A program made the translations under genes and the position numbers. From assembly GCA_973895155.1 (NCBI GenBank), contig OZ316895.1, positions 19,544,803 to 19,608,802 of the forward strand: a DNA stretch of 64,000 bases, written 5' to 3'. The DNA comes from Marsupella aquatica. Its lineage: Eukaryota; Plantae; Marchantiophyta. Numbering within the stretch: the first letter of the stretch is position 1; the number at the start of each line of letters is the position of its first letter. The notes beneath the pieces are model-generated. The model saw only the letters and a list, made by a program, of their open reading frames with translations, did not search any database and was not told where the DNA came from. Shown here piece after piece: positions 12,040-25,600 of this stretch.

Positions 12040-12354
12040 CTGCATGCATGAAGTACACTCATTCATGTAAGCTGCATAAAAGAAGACAAGTGTTGGAGTA
12101 TCAAAATAGAATTAATTAATACATGAGATACAAAAGTCCTATTGTACCTCAATGATACCCGCACTTTGCCAGCCTATTGTGTTGTATTTTCTACACACAA
12201 GGTGTGGGACATCCAAAATCTCTGCATATATGGGTGAGCATTTTGCTAATGAGCATACATAATCTATAAGTGCGAAAGAGTGTAGGAAGAACACACCACA
12301 TATAAAAAATGCCAACATACAAATTAAGTGTAAATGATGAGGCTCGTGAAGCGG

Positions 12355-13059
12355 GGACATCATACCTCGTGGATGCGCGGTCTCACACTATGTATAGTGC
12401 ATTGTCCAAAACAAAACCTACCTACCCCCTCACAAACATCGAACCACCCCTCCAAACGCAAGGTACTGTGCATCAAATCCAACACAACCATTAGCCTAAT
12501 ATATGGAGGTTGAACCTTATCCTAAGAAAAGGTGTAACCTTATCCTAGTGAAACCCCATACTTAACCCTAAACCCATAAACCCCTCCAAAGAAATGATCC
12601 AAATAGCTTTCACCCAGAAATGGTTAGTACAAAAACTTCTTGTAGTATTTTGTCTATCATATATCATAGTATTGAGTTCCCATCACCACAACCATCCCTA
12701 AACTTGCAAGGAACTTGCAAGAGGACATCATACCTCCTAGATGCGCGGTTTCATGCATAGTGCATTGTCCAAAATTGAAACCTCCCTACCCCCTCAAAGA
12801 AAAGTTAACCACCCCTCCAAAAGCAAGGTACTACACATCAAATCCAAACACCAAGATTAGCCTAATGGAGGGGTTTAATATTATCCTAATAAAAGGTATA
12901 ATGTTATACTAATAAAACCTCTACGTACATCCATAATCTCCTATAAAGAAATGAAACAAAAGGCTTTCACCCAAAAATGGTTCATACAAAAACTTCTTGT
13001 AGTATTTTCTTGATCCTATATTACATATCATAGTATTGAGTTCCCATCACCACAACCAT
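12355..13059. repeat. Diverged tandem duplication (about 368-bp unit) in the divergent-promoter region of CACTA 1 (also at +8433)
   Basis: GGACATCATACCTC...GAGTTCCCATCACCACAACCAT present twice (starts 12355 and 12723). Confidence 0.8.
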
Positions 13060-13688
13060 GGTCCCTAAAACACCAAGACTCTATACACAATTGCATCATT
13101 AATTAGAGCCCAATATATTAAGCATGCAAGACCATGGCTTATCAAAAAAATTACATAGTCCGGTACAAACCCCAAAATTTTTTCTTTGCAACAAAGAAAC
13201 TTGCAAGAGGTCCCTCTACATGCATGACACGTTCACTGTCCCGTTCACATATGTAGAGCCCTACAAAACGCCAATTCAAATATGAAAGCAAATAATAACT
13301 CCAACCATGTGCCCTTACCCCATACAAAACCTAAATATCCTAAATTATACTCTAAACCCTCCAATCCCATACCCAACCCAAATTCAAAATATTATATTGG
13401 ACCCCCTTTGGGAAAGCCAAGAGGTATCTGATATAACTTCATGAGGGGTCCGATGCAATAGGAAACGGACCACACTTGGTAAATACATGGCCACAAGAAA
13501 AGGAGGAGGGGTCCGAAGCAGATAGTTTCGGAAAGTCCGATTGTGTGTCCAATACCTATGGTTTTGCAAAGTCCGAAACAAAAAGAATCGGAAGCAGCAG
13601 GTTTCGTTTCGGAAAAAAGAACCGATGCAGATGCGAAGACCCGCGCGTCGGGCCCCATTTTGCACTTGGTGTTTTTCAAAAATTTTGA

Positions 13689-15654
13689 AGTTGGATCAAG
13701 GAGGAGAGCTTGAAGGAGGAGGAGAGATGGAGGGGGCGGGGCATCAGGTGGTGGGGGAGACCAAGGGGGATCAGGTGGTGGGGGAGAGCAAGGGGGACCG
13801 CCCTAGCCATACAATGAGGTTATGAAGGACATTTTTGTGGCCAAGGCAGGGCTGAGTGTGGAAGACGCGGAGAGAGTAGTCCCACTCCCCCAAACGCTGA
13901 TTGATGCCTCTCGGCGTGAGGCAGAGAAGACTGTTGCTGCAAGCATTGCAAGTGAGAAGTAGGCAAAGAAGAGGAAGAAAGAGGCAAAGAGAGGCAAAGA
14001 GAGGCAAGGGGGATGCTGAGGAGACACTGTCTCCAAGAAAACGAGAGAAAAAGCTTTGAAAAGAAGCTAGGGTAATTGAGAAGGTGCGATTGGAGGAGCA
14101 AAGGCGAAAGGAGGCAGAGAGAGCTCTCAGGCCTGAGCTAGCTCGCAATTTGGGTGGTGGCCCATTACCTAAGAGCTACCATCTATTCCAAAGCCAATTC
14201 AAGCAGGTGCTGAGGGCCAATTTGGGGCCACTGGATTACTGGGGCAAGGAGGAAGAGAGATTGAGAATCAGAGAGCAGGTGAAGGAACGGTTCAGGAACG
14301 GGGCCTACATTGATGACAGGTTCCTAAACAAACAAATTTCAGCATCACTCTCAGACATGGGCAATCATCAACGAGAGAAATTCAGAAAGTACTTTGGAGA
14401 TATGGCAGTGGATGCAGAGGTGATCAAGGAGGAGGGTTGTCCAGACGATGTTTCCCCCAATGAGTGGGCGGCTTGGCTTGAGGAGAAACTCTCAGTCCGA
14501 GCTTGGCTGAAAAGAAGACATTGGGACAACAAAATTAGGCTGGCAGAGGAGAAGCAAAAGGCTGGGGAGAATGTTGATATCCTCCCCCTTCAACAGAACC
14601 TGCAACAATGGGCAGTTCAGGCAGAAAGACTCCCCAAACCACCAAGGCACATCATAGCAGCATTGGAGAGAGTGCAGGGGAGGCCAACCATCACTCACCG
14701 GATGGGGCAAGGCAACTCCAATTGATTGAAGGCTGAGTTTGTAAGTGCCCTCCCTCTCCTCCCACCTCAACTCCCTGATCACCTGACTCCTCGCACGAAG
14801 AATGAGTTGTTTGTGCCTTATGTTTTTTGTTTAAACCCTTTGCAAAACGTGTTTTTGCTCTCGGGCCTGTTCTTTCCGATACTCATCCAATAGGTTTTGC
14901 ATCGGAAGCAGCATCGGACACCGTGTTATGCCATTTTTCCTGTTACACATCCGATAGACGTCCGATGTAGGCTGTATCGGACTTTGCATCGGACCCCTCG
15001 GCAAAACATTTAAATTTTTGAATGAACGTACTTAACATTAATTTTTTACTAGGGTAGAGTATAAGTTAGGGTAAACTATGGTTTTAGGTTACATCAGGGC
15101 TATGTAGGGTGGCTTGGTTTAGGGTAGGGCACGCTAATACTAGATTTGATATTAACCTGGCCTCTATGGTTTGGATCTTTAAATTTCAGGAGCGGGAGTA
15201 TGGTCGCCCTATTGCGCCGTTGGAGAGGAATTTGGCAAAGACGGATGGAACCCGCGCTCTAAAGCGCCACCTTGAGGATGAGTTGGGAGAGGTAAGTGTT
15301 CACCCTAGGGTGACATAATGTTTAAGGTTGTCATGAATTTGTTAGAGTTATGGTCGGGACCATTCATTCTAACCGCTTGCAATTAAACCCTATTGCGCAG
15401 GATGAGGAGGGGTCAGGGTCGGAGGAGTTGGACTCAGATTCTGAGCAGGATGCTGAGGCAGGGTTGGGGAGGGTGCCCACAGTCACCCCTACCCCTCAGG
15501 TCCGAGGTGTTGTTGCCCCATCAGCAGGGAGGGGTGGGTCACATGCTGCTAATGGTGTGGGCTCCCATCGCTCTGGAGCATCACGGGGTGCAGGGTCCAG
15601 GCACTCAAGGTGATGGCATGGGACGAGGCCATCGCGCAGGAGTATCTGGTGCAG
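13689..15654 (+). pseudogene. TnpA/Ptta-like ORF2, copy A, truncated at the duplication junction
   Basis: CPDDVSPNEWAAWL and THRMGQG resemble Transposase_24-type motifs; spliced; identical to copy B. Confidence 0.7.
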
Positions 15655-18600
15655 GTGGAACTGATGACACTATTTGCGGATGTCTTCAAATGAGTAAAAC
15701 TGCATACATCATCTTCACAAGTACGATTACAGTGGCCTACAAGACTCATCTTGAACCATTTGCACTTGAATACCACTTCCTCCAAAGTAGTATGTGCATG
15801 GTACTTCACTGTTAGGATCTCCACAATCTTCCCATAATGGGCCACGGTGGAGCGAATGAGATTCATGTCTAACATGCTACTCTGGGAATCTTGGGTGAAC
15901 CAACCCATCACCCCACAATCCTGTGTAGCTGCCCTCATCTCATCAAGTCGTTCCACACAAAAATGTCTCCCTTTGACCACATGGCAGTCGGAGTTGTGAC
16001 TATAAGTAGTGGACCATGAACCAAGGTACGAAGTTTATCTGTCACGTTTGGGTAGTGTAATACACTCTCCCTTGTACCCACCAGGGCATCCACTTCTAAC
16101 AACTTCTCCTTCATGTATGGGTGAAACTTGGGAAATAACCATGGGCGTCGACTGTTTTGCTTCTCCTCCTCATAAAATGTTGTCCACTCGACAACCTCGG
16201 GTGAGTTATACAACATAAATGTTGTGAGCTGTAAACGCTCAACTGAGCCTATGAGACGCTCTCCAGATGCCTCAGTGAGTTTATCATCCTCGTAGTTAGC
16301 CTCTCGTGCCGCCTCATCTATCCATCCCCTAGGAGCACTAGGATCTAGTGTGGCAACTATGTTTGTACAGTAAAACATACTCTCTGCTCCAAGATGACAC
16401 TCTGCAATGCTACCTTCCACCCTAGCGCGATTAAAGACATATGACTTCATCACCCCCATATAACGCTCTACCCAATACATCCATCGACAATGTACTGGGC
16501 CTGCAATTGCAACCTCGCGCACTAAATGTATGAGGAAATGAACCTGACCATCAAAGAATGAGGGAGGGAGTGCCTTCTCCAACTTGCAGACAACCTCTAC
16601 TCCAAATATCTCCATAGCAGCAATGTCATCCTCCTGTACCTCCTTTTGACATACCCATCCTAAGAGCTTACCCAATGACCAAAGGGCATCACGAAGTTCC
16701 TCACTACCCAATCCAATAATAGCAACTGGAAGAACATGTTCAAGCAACCGATGATAATCATGTGTCTTCAAGAAAGATGGCCATTTTGGAGAATCCTCCC
16801 CCCCCAAATGCCTTCCAAAGATTGGTACCATAACCTATGGGAAACCTCATCGACCCAATACGTCTGCAAAACTCAATGCGCTCTGCTAGGGGGAGCAGCA
16901 GGGGGGTCCAAAGATGGCCAAAAACCCAAAAGACCATGCATTCCCATCTCCTCACAACTTTCTCTCCAATTGTTATTTTTCTCCCCATATAGATGGCAAA
17001 TCAATGATTTCCCCACATTCCCCTCAATGTGCATAGGGTCTAACAAGTGATTAATGGGCATATCTGACCAATATGGCAATTGTGACAATGCAGACAAACG
17101 GGTCATGCCACATCTGAATAATGGTAATGGATCACTCGGATCGTGAACTCTCCCCCATACCTCTCTCCAATATGCTGGATCCTTCCGTTGAGGTTGAGGA
17201 CAAATATCAGGTTGGCCCTCATCAGTATCATAAAGGAATGGATCACTCCTCCAAGGATGGTCTGGTGAGGTATGACATGCGTGACAGTAAATAGGAAACA
17301 GGTTTACTGGTACCAGTAAAAATTTATTGTTACCAGAAAAATGACAATGTAAAAATATTTCCTAAAAAATCACATTTCTCAAAAAAAAAATTGTCGACAA
17401 CTTTTTTTGGCTAGCATTACCAGCGTCGGGCGCTAGCAAAAAAAAAATGGCAAAAAAAAAAAAACTTTTTTTTTTCAAAAACAAAAATTCCAAAAACAAA
17501 TTCCAAAAAATTCAAAAAAAATTACCACTCATTTTCCTGTTACCAGTTTCTGTTTCCTGTTACTGTTTGTTGTTTCCTATCGTTTGTAAATACTTCGTCT
17601 GGTGGAAGATATTTAGTATGACCAATGTAAACAATTTTTTGCGGAGTACTTGACTTGGGCCTGGCCACCCCCTCCAAATCGGGTCCACATGTAGAGCAAG
17701 CTCGATAGCCTGATGTTTGCAATACAAAAACATATCCAAACCCTGCCCAGTGCATAGAAAACACATTCATAAAATAAAGTTCATCAAGGCAAAAATCTAC
17801 ATAATTGCAATTAAATGCAAGGTTTAGGTACTAGAGGAAATAAGGGTTTACCATACCTGGTAAATCATGCATGGTCCACATAAGGATGGCCTTTAGAGTA
17901 AATGCGCGGGATAAACCTCCTGTGTTGTGATGTCCATCATAACAATCCACTCCTCTCCATAGTTGTATCAACTCATCAATCAATGGCTGCAAGTACACAT
18001 CAATCTTTTTAACCTGCTTAGGACCCGAAATAATCATGGAGAGTAGTAGGTGACCTTTCTTCATGGCCATCCAAGGAGGGATGTTGTAGTTTGTCAACAC
18101 TACTGGCCACACCGAATATGGTTTGGCTTTTCCTGCCAATGCAAAAGGGCTGATACCGTCTGCCGCCAAGCCTAGTCGAACATGTCGTGGGTCAATTTTG
18201 AACTCTCCCCATCTATCCTCTACAAATCAATTGGCAGGAGAGTCAACCATCATTCGCATGGCACTAGAGGGTACAGCCATATCAGAACAATTTTGTGAGT
18301 GCCATACCATCATCTCAGCCAACTCTGCACATCGGAATTGATGTTGCAATCGAGGGATAAGAGGAAAGTACCTCATAACCTTTTGCGGTACCTTCCCCGT
18401 CAACATGTCATCACGTTAACGTGGCTTCTGACATTTAGGACATGTAGTGGCATTTTCATGCTCACCCCTAAAAAGAATGCAAGATCATCCACACATGCAT
18501 GTATCACCTCATACTTCAGGCCAATGGACCTTAACACCTGTTTAGCCTCTTTCCAAGAGGCTTGCATTGCGTTGCCTACTGGCAAAATATGATCATGCAA

Positions 18601-19026
18601 GGTACGGAAAACATCATCCAAAAGTAGATTGTTTGCCCCATGTCTTTGCTGCAAGTTGAGCAACAACATTATTGATGAGAGCCGAGATAACCTACTCCCC
18701 TCGAATATGCGAGTACGGGCATGACGTTGCGCCTCCTCCCATTCCTTGTCTTGGGACCCCCTAGAAGGATGTGGATGACTAGTCCTTTCATGGGTTGAAC
18801 CAATGTCCTCCAAACCAATGTCATCATGATCATCATAGAATTGGTCCATGAGCTCATCCATGGCCCTCTCCTCATCAAGATGGTCTTGGATAGGATCATC
18901 ACCATCATGTCGTACCCCATCCTCTTGCCTTTGCGGTTCATGCCCACGGTTGGCCACCATGGCCTCAACAAGGTGTTGTCGCATAGCTCGTGATATTACC
19001 CCAATATCAGGCGTTACATATTTATT
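15655..19026 (-). pseudogene. CACTA TnpD transposase, copy B
   Basis: Duplicate of 7222-10593; retains ADGISPF. Confidence 0.93.
17267..17596. mobile_element. MITE, copy B
   Basis: Duplicate of 8834-9163. Confidence 0.85.
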
Positions 19027-19147
19027 CTATCATACAACATCAATTAATTAATCTCATCAACACATGCACTGCTGAACAACATCATTCTCATGTAAACATG
19101 TAAAATAAACTGACATATATATACATGTATGTAAGTCCAAGAAACTA

Positions 19148-20472
19148 TCATGGACGACAACGCAAGGACAATTTTGGTGCATCCCACTCATACTCACACA
19201 ATAACTCCTCACCAACTCTAATGGTCCTAACAGCTACTGTCATGATATGGTCGTCCATATGTTTCACAAAATATGGATGTCTAGGTGGACCAAACATTTG
19301 AATCCACTCTACATTAGCCTCCAAACCTCTATCTCTACCTGTGGTACTATTGATGTACCCTGCTAAATTACCGTTCCGAATAGGGTCACCATCAATCATT
19401 CGGCAATGCCACGGCCTAGTGAAGACCTCATCCGGATCTGAGTCCATCCTCAATGCATACACCCCCCAACTTGGGTGTTGACGCAACAAAATATTCCAAC
19501 TCTTGGAGTTATGTACAGCCCCAATGTAAGGAAAGAGGTGCTGAGCTCCATCATAACCACGTCTCCATGGTTTTGGAGGGACCACAATATCCTCCAAAGC
19601 AAAAGACCATATCCTATATCAGGACCAATAGAGGATGCCTTCACTGTCCAAGGGCGACCCCATATCTGAACTGGTTCATCTGTAGGAATAAAATCTGGAA
19701 ATTTGAAGAGACTTGGAGAAAAGTCCTTCAAAACTTTGGCAGCCCTACTAGTGAGATAGGATAGTCCAAACTTGCCCTCAACGCAAATATAATCTACGTT
19801 GCCGGCTGGTCGATCACTAGTACCTAACACCTCCTCTTGGCTGTCCACCTGGTCTAGTGGTCCATACTGCCGTCTATGTCTACGAGATCGTGGTTGTGTA
19901 CGTAGGACCCTAGTAGTCACAACCTCGGGCCGAGAGACCAGTTCCCCCTCTACATGCTCATGTGTGGGCATGGGAGTGGGGATAGGAGCGGGTGGGCTAA
20001 GAGGCATCTGGGCAGGAGGAACTGCAAGCAACTCCCTGGCCTTTGCTAGAAACCCTTCCAACCACACAGCTTCAGGAACCAAAGGAGGTGGGGGCCTATG
20101 AGGCACCTATTTCAACACACGTACAATGGTTTTACACAAATCAATAAATTAAGTAGTGGGATGTAAATGCAAGATAATTAAGCAATACCCTAAATTGGAA
20201 TGCATATATGGAATGAATAGGGGACATAAACATATCTGTACCTGGCTAGGCAAATACCCTAGCATATCACCCTCGTGGCGGCCATAGTTCTCGATGTGCT
20301 CACAAGTCTCCCACGCATGTCAAACCACAAGTCCCTTACATCTCACACACCAGCAAGGTATGGGTCCTAGTGGAGCACGAGGATGATTTGGAGGAAGGGG
20401 TGGAGGAACCTCCCCCTTAGACGAGCTCGTGTCTGAGTCTGAATCTAACGTGGAACTATCAGAAGTAGACAT
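19148..20472 (-). pseudogene. SET-domain protein gene, copy B
   Basis: Duplicate of 10715-12039. Confidence 0.85.
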
Positions 20473-22121
20473 CTGCATGCATGAAGTACACTCATTCATG
20501 TAAGCTGCATAAAAGAAGACAAGTGTTGGAGTATCAAAATAGAATTAATTAATACATGAGATACAAAAGTCCTATTGTACCTCAATGATACCCGCACTTT
20601 GCCAGCCTATTGTGTTGTATTTTCTACACACAAGGTGTGGGACATCCAAAATCTCTGCATATATGGGTGAGCATTTTGCTAATGAGCATACATAATCTAT
20701 AAGTGCGAAAGAGTGTAGGAAGAACACACCACATATAAAAAATGCCAACATACAAATTAAGTGTAAATGATGAGGCTCGTGAAGCGGGGACATCATACCT
20801 CGTGGATGCGCGGTCTCACACTATGTATAGTGCATTGTCCAAAACAAAACCTACCTACCCCCTCACAAACATCGAACCACCCCTCCAAACGCAAGGTACT
20901 GTGCATCAAATCCAACACAACCATTAGCCTAATATATGGAGGTTGAACCTTATCCTAAGAAAAGGTGTAACCTTATCCTAGTGAAACCCCATACTTAACC
21001 CTAAACCCATAAACCCCTCCAAAGAAATGATCCAAATAGCTTTCACCCAGAAATGGTTAGTACAAAAACTTCTTGTAGTATTTTGTCTATCATATATCAT
21101 AGTATTGAGTTCCCATCACCACAACCATCCCTAAACTTGCAAGGAACTTGCAAGAGGACATCATACCTCCTAGATGCGCGGTTTCATGCATAGTGCATTG
21201 TCCAAAATTGAAACCTCCCTACCCCCTCAAAGAAAAGTTAACCACCCCTCCAAAAGCAAGGTACTACACATCAAATCCAAACACCAAGATTAGCCTAATG
21301 GAGGGGTTTAATATTATCCTAATAAAAGGTATAATGTTATACTAATAAAACCTCTACGTACATCCATAATCTCCTATAAAGAAATGAAACAAAAGGCTTT
21401 CACCCAAAAATGGTTCATACAAAAACTTCTTGTAGTATTTTCTTGATCCTATATTACATATCATAGTATTGAGTTCCCATCACCACAACCATGGTCCCTA
21501 AAACACCAAGACTCTATACACAATTGCATCATTAATTAGAGCCCAATATATTAAGCATGCAAGACCATGGCTTATCAAAAAAATTACATAGTCCGGTACA
21601 AACCCCAAAATTTTTTCTTTGCAACAAAGAAACTTGCAAGAGGTCCCTCTACATGCATGACACGTTCACTGTCCCGTTCACATATGTAGAGCCCTACAAA
21701 ACGCCAATTCAAATATGAAAGCAAATAATAACTCCAACCATGTGCCCTTACCCCATACAAAACCTAAATATCCTAAATTATACTCTAAACCCTCCAATCC
21801 CATACCCAACCCAAATTCAAAATATTATATTGGACCCCCTTTGGGAAAGCCAAGAGGTATCTGATATAACTTCATGAGGGGTCCGATGCAATAGGAAACG
21901 GACCACACTTGGTAAATACATGGCCACAAGAAAAGGAGGAGGGGTCCGAAGCAGATAGTTTCGGAAAGTCCGATTGTGTGTCCAATACCTATGGTTTTGC
22001 AAAGTCCGAAACAAAAAGAATCGGAAGCAGCAGGTTTCGTTTCGGAAAAAAGAACCGATGCAGATGCGAAGACCCGCGCGTCGGGCCCCATTTTGCACTT
22101 GGTGTTTTTCAAAAATTTTGA

Positions 22122-24488
22122 AGTTGGATCAAGGAGGAGAGCTTGAAGGAGGAGGAGAGATGGAGGGGGCGGGGCATCAGGTGGTGGGGGAGACCAAGGG
22201 GGATCAGGTGGTGGGGGAGAGCAAGGGGGACCGCCCTAGCCATACAATGAGGTTATGAAGGACATTTTTGTGGCCAAGGCAGGGCTGAGTGTGGAAGACG
22301 CGGAGAGAGTAGTCCCACTCCCCCAAACGCTGATTGATGCCTCTCGGCGTGAGGCAGAGAAGACTGTTGCTGCAAGCATTGCAAGTGAGAAGTAGGCAAA
22401 GAAGAGGAAGAAAGAGGCAAAGAGAGGCAAAGAGAGGCAAGGGGGATGCTGAGGAGACACTGTCTCCAAGAAAACGAGAGAAAAAGCTTTGAAAAGAAGC
22501 TAGGGTAATTGAGAAGGTGCGATTGGAGGAGCAAAGGCGAAAGGAGGCAGAGAGAGCTCTCAGGCCTGAGCTAGCTCGCAATTTGGGTGGTGGCCCATTA
22601 CCTAAGAGCTACCATCTATTCCAAAGCCAATTCAAGCAGGTGCTGAGGGCCAATTTGGGGCCACTGGATTACTGGGGCAAGGAGGAAGAGAGATTGAGAA
22701 TCAGAGAGCAGGTGAAGGAACGGTTCAGGAACGGGGCCTACATTGATGACAGGTTCCTAAACAAACAAATTTCAGCATCACTCTCAGACATGGGCAATCA
22801 TCAACGAGAGAAATTCAGAAAGTACTTTGGAGATATGGCAGTGGATGCAGAGGTGATCAAGGAGGAGGGTTGTCCAGACGATGTTTCCCCCAATGAGTGG
22901 GCGGCTTGGCTTGAGGAGAAACTCTCAGTCCGAGCTTGGCTGAAAAGAAGACATTGGGACAACAAAATTAGGCTGGCAGAGGAGAAGCAAAAGGCTGGGG
23001 AGAATGTTGATATCCTCCCCCTTCAACAGAACCTGCAACAATGGGCAGTTCAGGCAGAAAGACTCCCCAAACCACCAAGGCACATCATAGCAGCATTGGA
23101 GAGAGTGCAGGGGAGGCCAACCATCACTCACCGGATGGGGCAAGGCAACTCCAATTGATTGAAGGCTGAGTTTGTAAGTGCCCTCCCTCTCCTCCCACCT
23201 CAACTCCCTGATCACCTGACTCCTCGCACGAAGAATGAGTTGTTTGTGCCTTATGTTTTTTGTTTAAACCCTTTGCAAAACGTGTTTTTGCTCTCGGGCC
23301 TGTTCTTTCCGATACTCATCCAATAGGTTTTGCATCGGAAGCAGCATCGGACACCGTGTTATGCCATTTTTCCTGTTACACATCCGATAGACGTCCGATG
23401 TAGGCTGTATCGGACTTTGCATCGGACCCCTCGGCAAAACATTTAAATTTTTGAATGAACGTACTTAACATTAATTTTTTACTAGGGTAGAGTATAAGTT
23501 AGGGTAAACTATGGTTTTAGGTTACATCAGGGCTATGTAGGGTGGCTTGGTTTAGGGTAGGGCACGCTAATACTAGATTTGATATTAACCTGGCCTCTAT
23601 GGTTTGGATCTTTAAATTTCAGGAGCGGGAGTATGGTCGCCCTATTGCGCCGTTGGAGAGGAATTTGGCAAAGACGGATGGAACCCGCGCTCTAAAGCGC
23701 CACCTTGAGGATGAGTTGGGAGAGGTAAGTGTTCACCCTAGGGTGACATAATGTTTAAGGTTGTCATGAATTTGTTAGAGTTATGGTCGGGACCATTCAT
23801 TCTAACCGCTTGCAATTAAACCCTATTGCGCAGGATGAGGAGGGGTCAGGGTCGGAGGAGTTGGACTCAGATTCTGAGCAGGATGCTGAGGCAGGGTTGG
23901 GGAGGGTGCCCACAGTCACCCCTACCCCTCAGGTCCGAGGTGTTGTTGCCCCATCAGCAGGGAGGGGTGGGTCACATGCTGCTAATGGTGTGGGCTCCCA
24001 TCGCTCTGGAGCATCACGGGGTGCAGGGTCCAGGCACTCAAGGTGATGGCATGGGACGAGGCCATCGCGCAGGAGTATCTGGTGCAGGTGGTCCTTCCCG
24101 ACGAGGTAGTGGCGACGTGCCGGATGGTGGATCTAGAGGGTGCGCACCATCTCGTGAGTATGGTGGGAGTACAGCACGACATGGGCCACCCACAGGATAT
24201 GTCGGCGCACCATCCCATCACTCTAGCAGGTCGGCGGGAGGAGCTGAGGCCTCCTATCACTCTGCCGTGTCGGGGGTTGGTGGGACATCTACCTTGCCTG
24301 ACCACCCTAGCGGTGCATCTAGTGGGTCAGGGTCTAGGCCTGCATCAGGCCAACCCATGCCATCTGGTGAGCAGGTGGCTGCCATGGTTGTGGGCAGCCA
24401 GAGGGAGGAGGGCTCTCATGATGCTAGACCTGTACCCACCCTTCGTTCTTGCCCAAAGAAGAAGAAGGGACGCAACACACCTTTTTAG
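22122..24488 (+). pseudogene. TnpA/Ptta-like ORF2, copy B, full extent (exons end 23172; 23623-23724; 23834-24488)
   Basis: GT-AG introns; Gly/Ser-rich tail ending in basic PKKKKGR; homologous to 27342-30261. Confidence 0.72.
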
Positions 24489-24849
24489 AGGTTAGTTGCA
24501 TTTAGGTGGGTATCTAGTGCTAGACAACTTTGATTAGACACTCACTAGGAGGTACCTTGTATATAGCTAGTGTAGTCTCTAGTCAAAGCTCTCTTTACAT
24601 CTTCTATTGTGCCATCACGACCAGGATGGGTCTACCCGGTAGGCCTAATCCATTTTGTACATATATTGGGGTGATCCCCTTTTTGAATATGATATTTTGA
24701 CCTCGTGTTTAGAGCATTATCTTTGGTTCCTAATTGGTGTATGTCACCTTCAACCCTAAACCAATACCCAAACCCCCAAAAAACCACCCATGAAACCCTG
24801 TATTCCACCCCCAAAACATTTGATAATCCGTTGCAAGTCCGTTAGCATC

Positions 24850-25335
24850 CGTATCGGTAATACAGCAGTGTCCGATGCTGCTGCCTTTGAACTTTCCCAT
24901 CCCCAATGCATCGGACCCCTCCTTCAAGGTTCCCATATTAAATCTATCGGATAGTCCAATACCAAACATAACGCACTTTCCGTTTTTCTAACTAATGCAA
25001 TGTCCGATACTAATTACTTTGCAAATTGCCATATGAAATCTATCGGACATTCCGATTTAAATAGGATTGGACAAAGGAAGTCGTTGTGTGCCGTCGTGTG
25101 TTAGTTATCCTATTCATTTTACATCGGACATAAAATATTCGTAACATGTTACAACGGAACGTCCATTTCCCAAAATATCGAAAAGTCCGATGGAAGTCCG
25201 ATGGTCGATATGCGATGGTTTGGGCATCGCAAAGTGCATTGGGAATTGCATCGGATGATATAAATTTTTGCGTCAATTTTCCTGAAGGGATTTGATGTAA
25301 ATCCTATCGAATAAAGGCCCAAAAATGTACTAGTG
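24850..25335 (-). repeat. CACTA 1 terminal inverted repeat and subterminal TCCGAT/ATCGGA array
   Basis: TAGTG at 25331-25335; many TCCGAT/ATCGGA copies in both orientations. Confidence 0.88.
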
Positions 25336-25600
25336 GGTCAGCATCCAAGTTACCTACGAACTCCATTAAATCCCAATTAGGAATGTCCTTATCGGGGTCC
25401 TATTGAGCCATGGCAACCGAATGAAACCCTCCAACCCTGAATTCTTCATGAAGTTCAAAAACTTGTTTGATTGCAAGGCTGCTATAGCCTCAACATTCTT
25501 GGTGGGTATTACCAGCCTCAATCTAGCCTTTGTAGGTGAACTTTTCATCCACCTCTTCAGTTCCAATACTTGGGTGGTGTCGCAATTGCAACGACTTTAT
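25336..25600 (-). pseudogene. TE accessory-ORF fragment cut by the CACTA 1 insertion
   Basis: NFMKNSGLEGFIRLPWLN resembles YLKTQGFEHLTALPWN (about 5200-5245); the resemblance is distant. Confidence 0.4.

Larger units (their letters stand above)
7222..24091. repeat. 8433-bp head-to-tail tandem duplication (7222-15654 and 15655-24087) with GTGG microhomology
   Basis: All ORFs repeat at +8433; GTGG at 7222, 15655 and 24088; the only difference I found is 9724 T vs 18157 C. Confidence 0.97.
7222..25335 (-). mobile_element. CACTA/EnSpm DNA transposon 1 carrying a SET gene; left end truncated, internal tandem duplication
   Basis: Terminus ...AAAAATGTACTAGTG ending 25335 (reverse complement CACTAGTACATTTTT); TCCGAT/ATCGGA subterminal repeats; TnpD and TnpA-like genes. 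Confidence 0.92.

Noticed and set aside
15060-15130. Telomere-like TTTAGGG/CCCTAAA motifs (also near 12565 and 28790)
   Set aside because: Scattered and degenerate, not an array.
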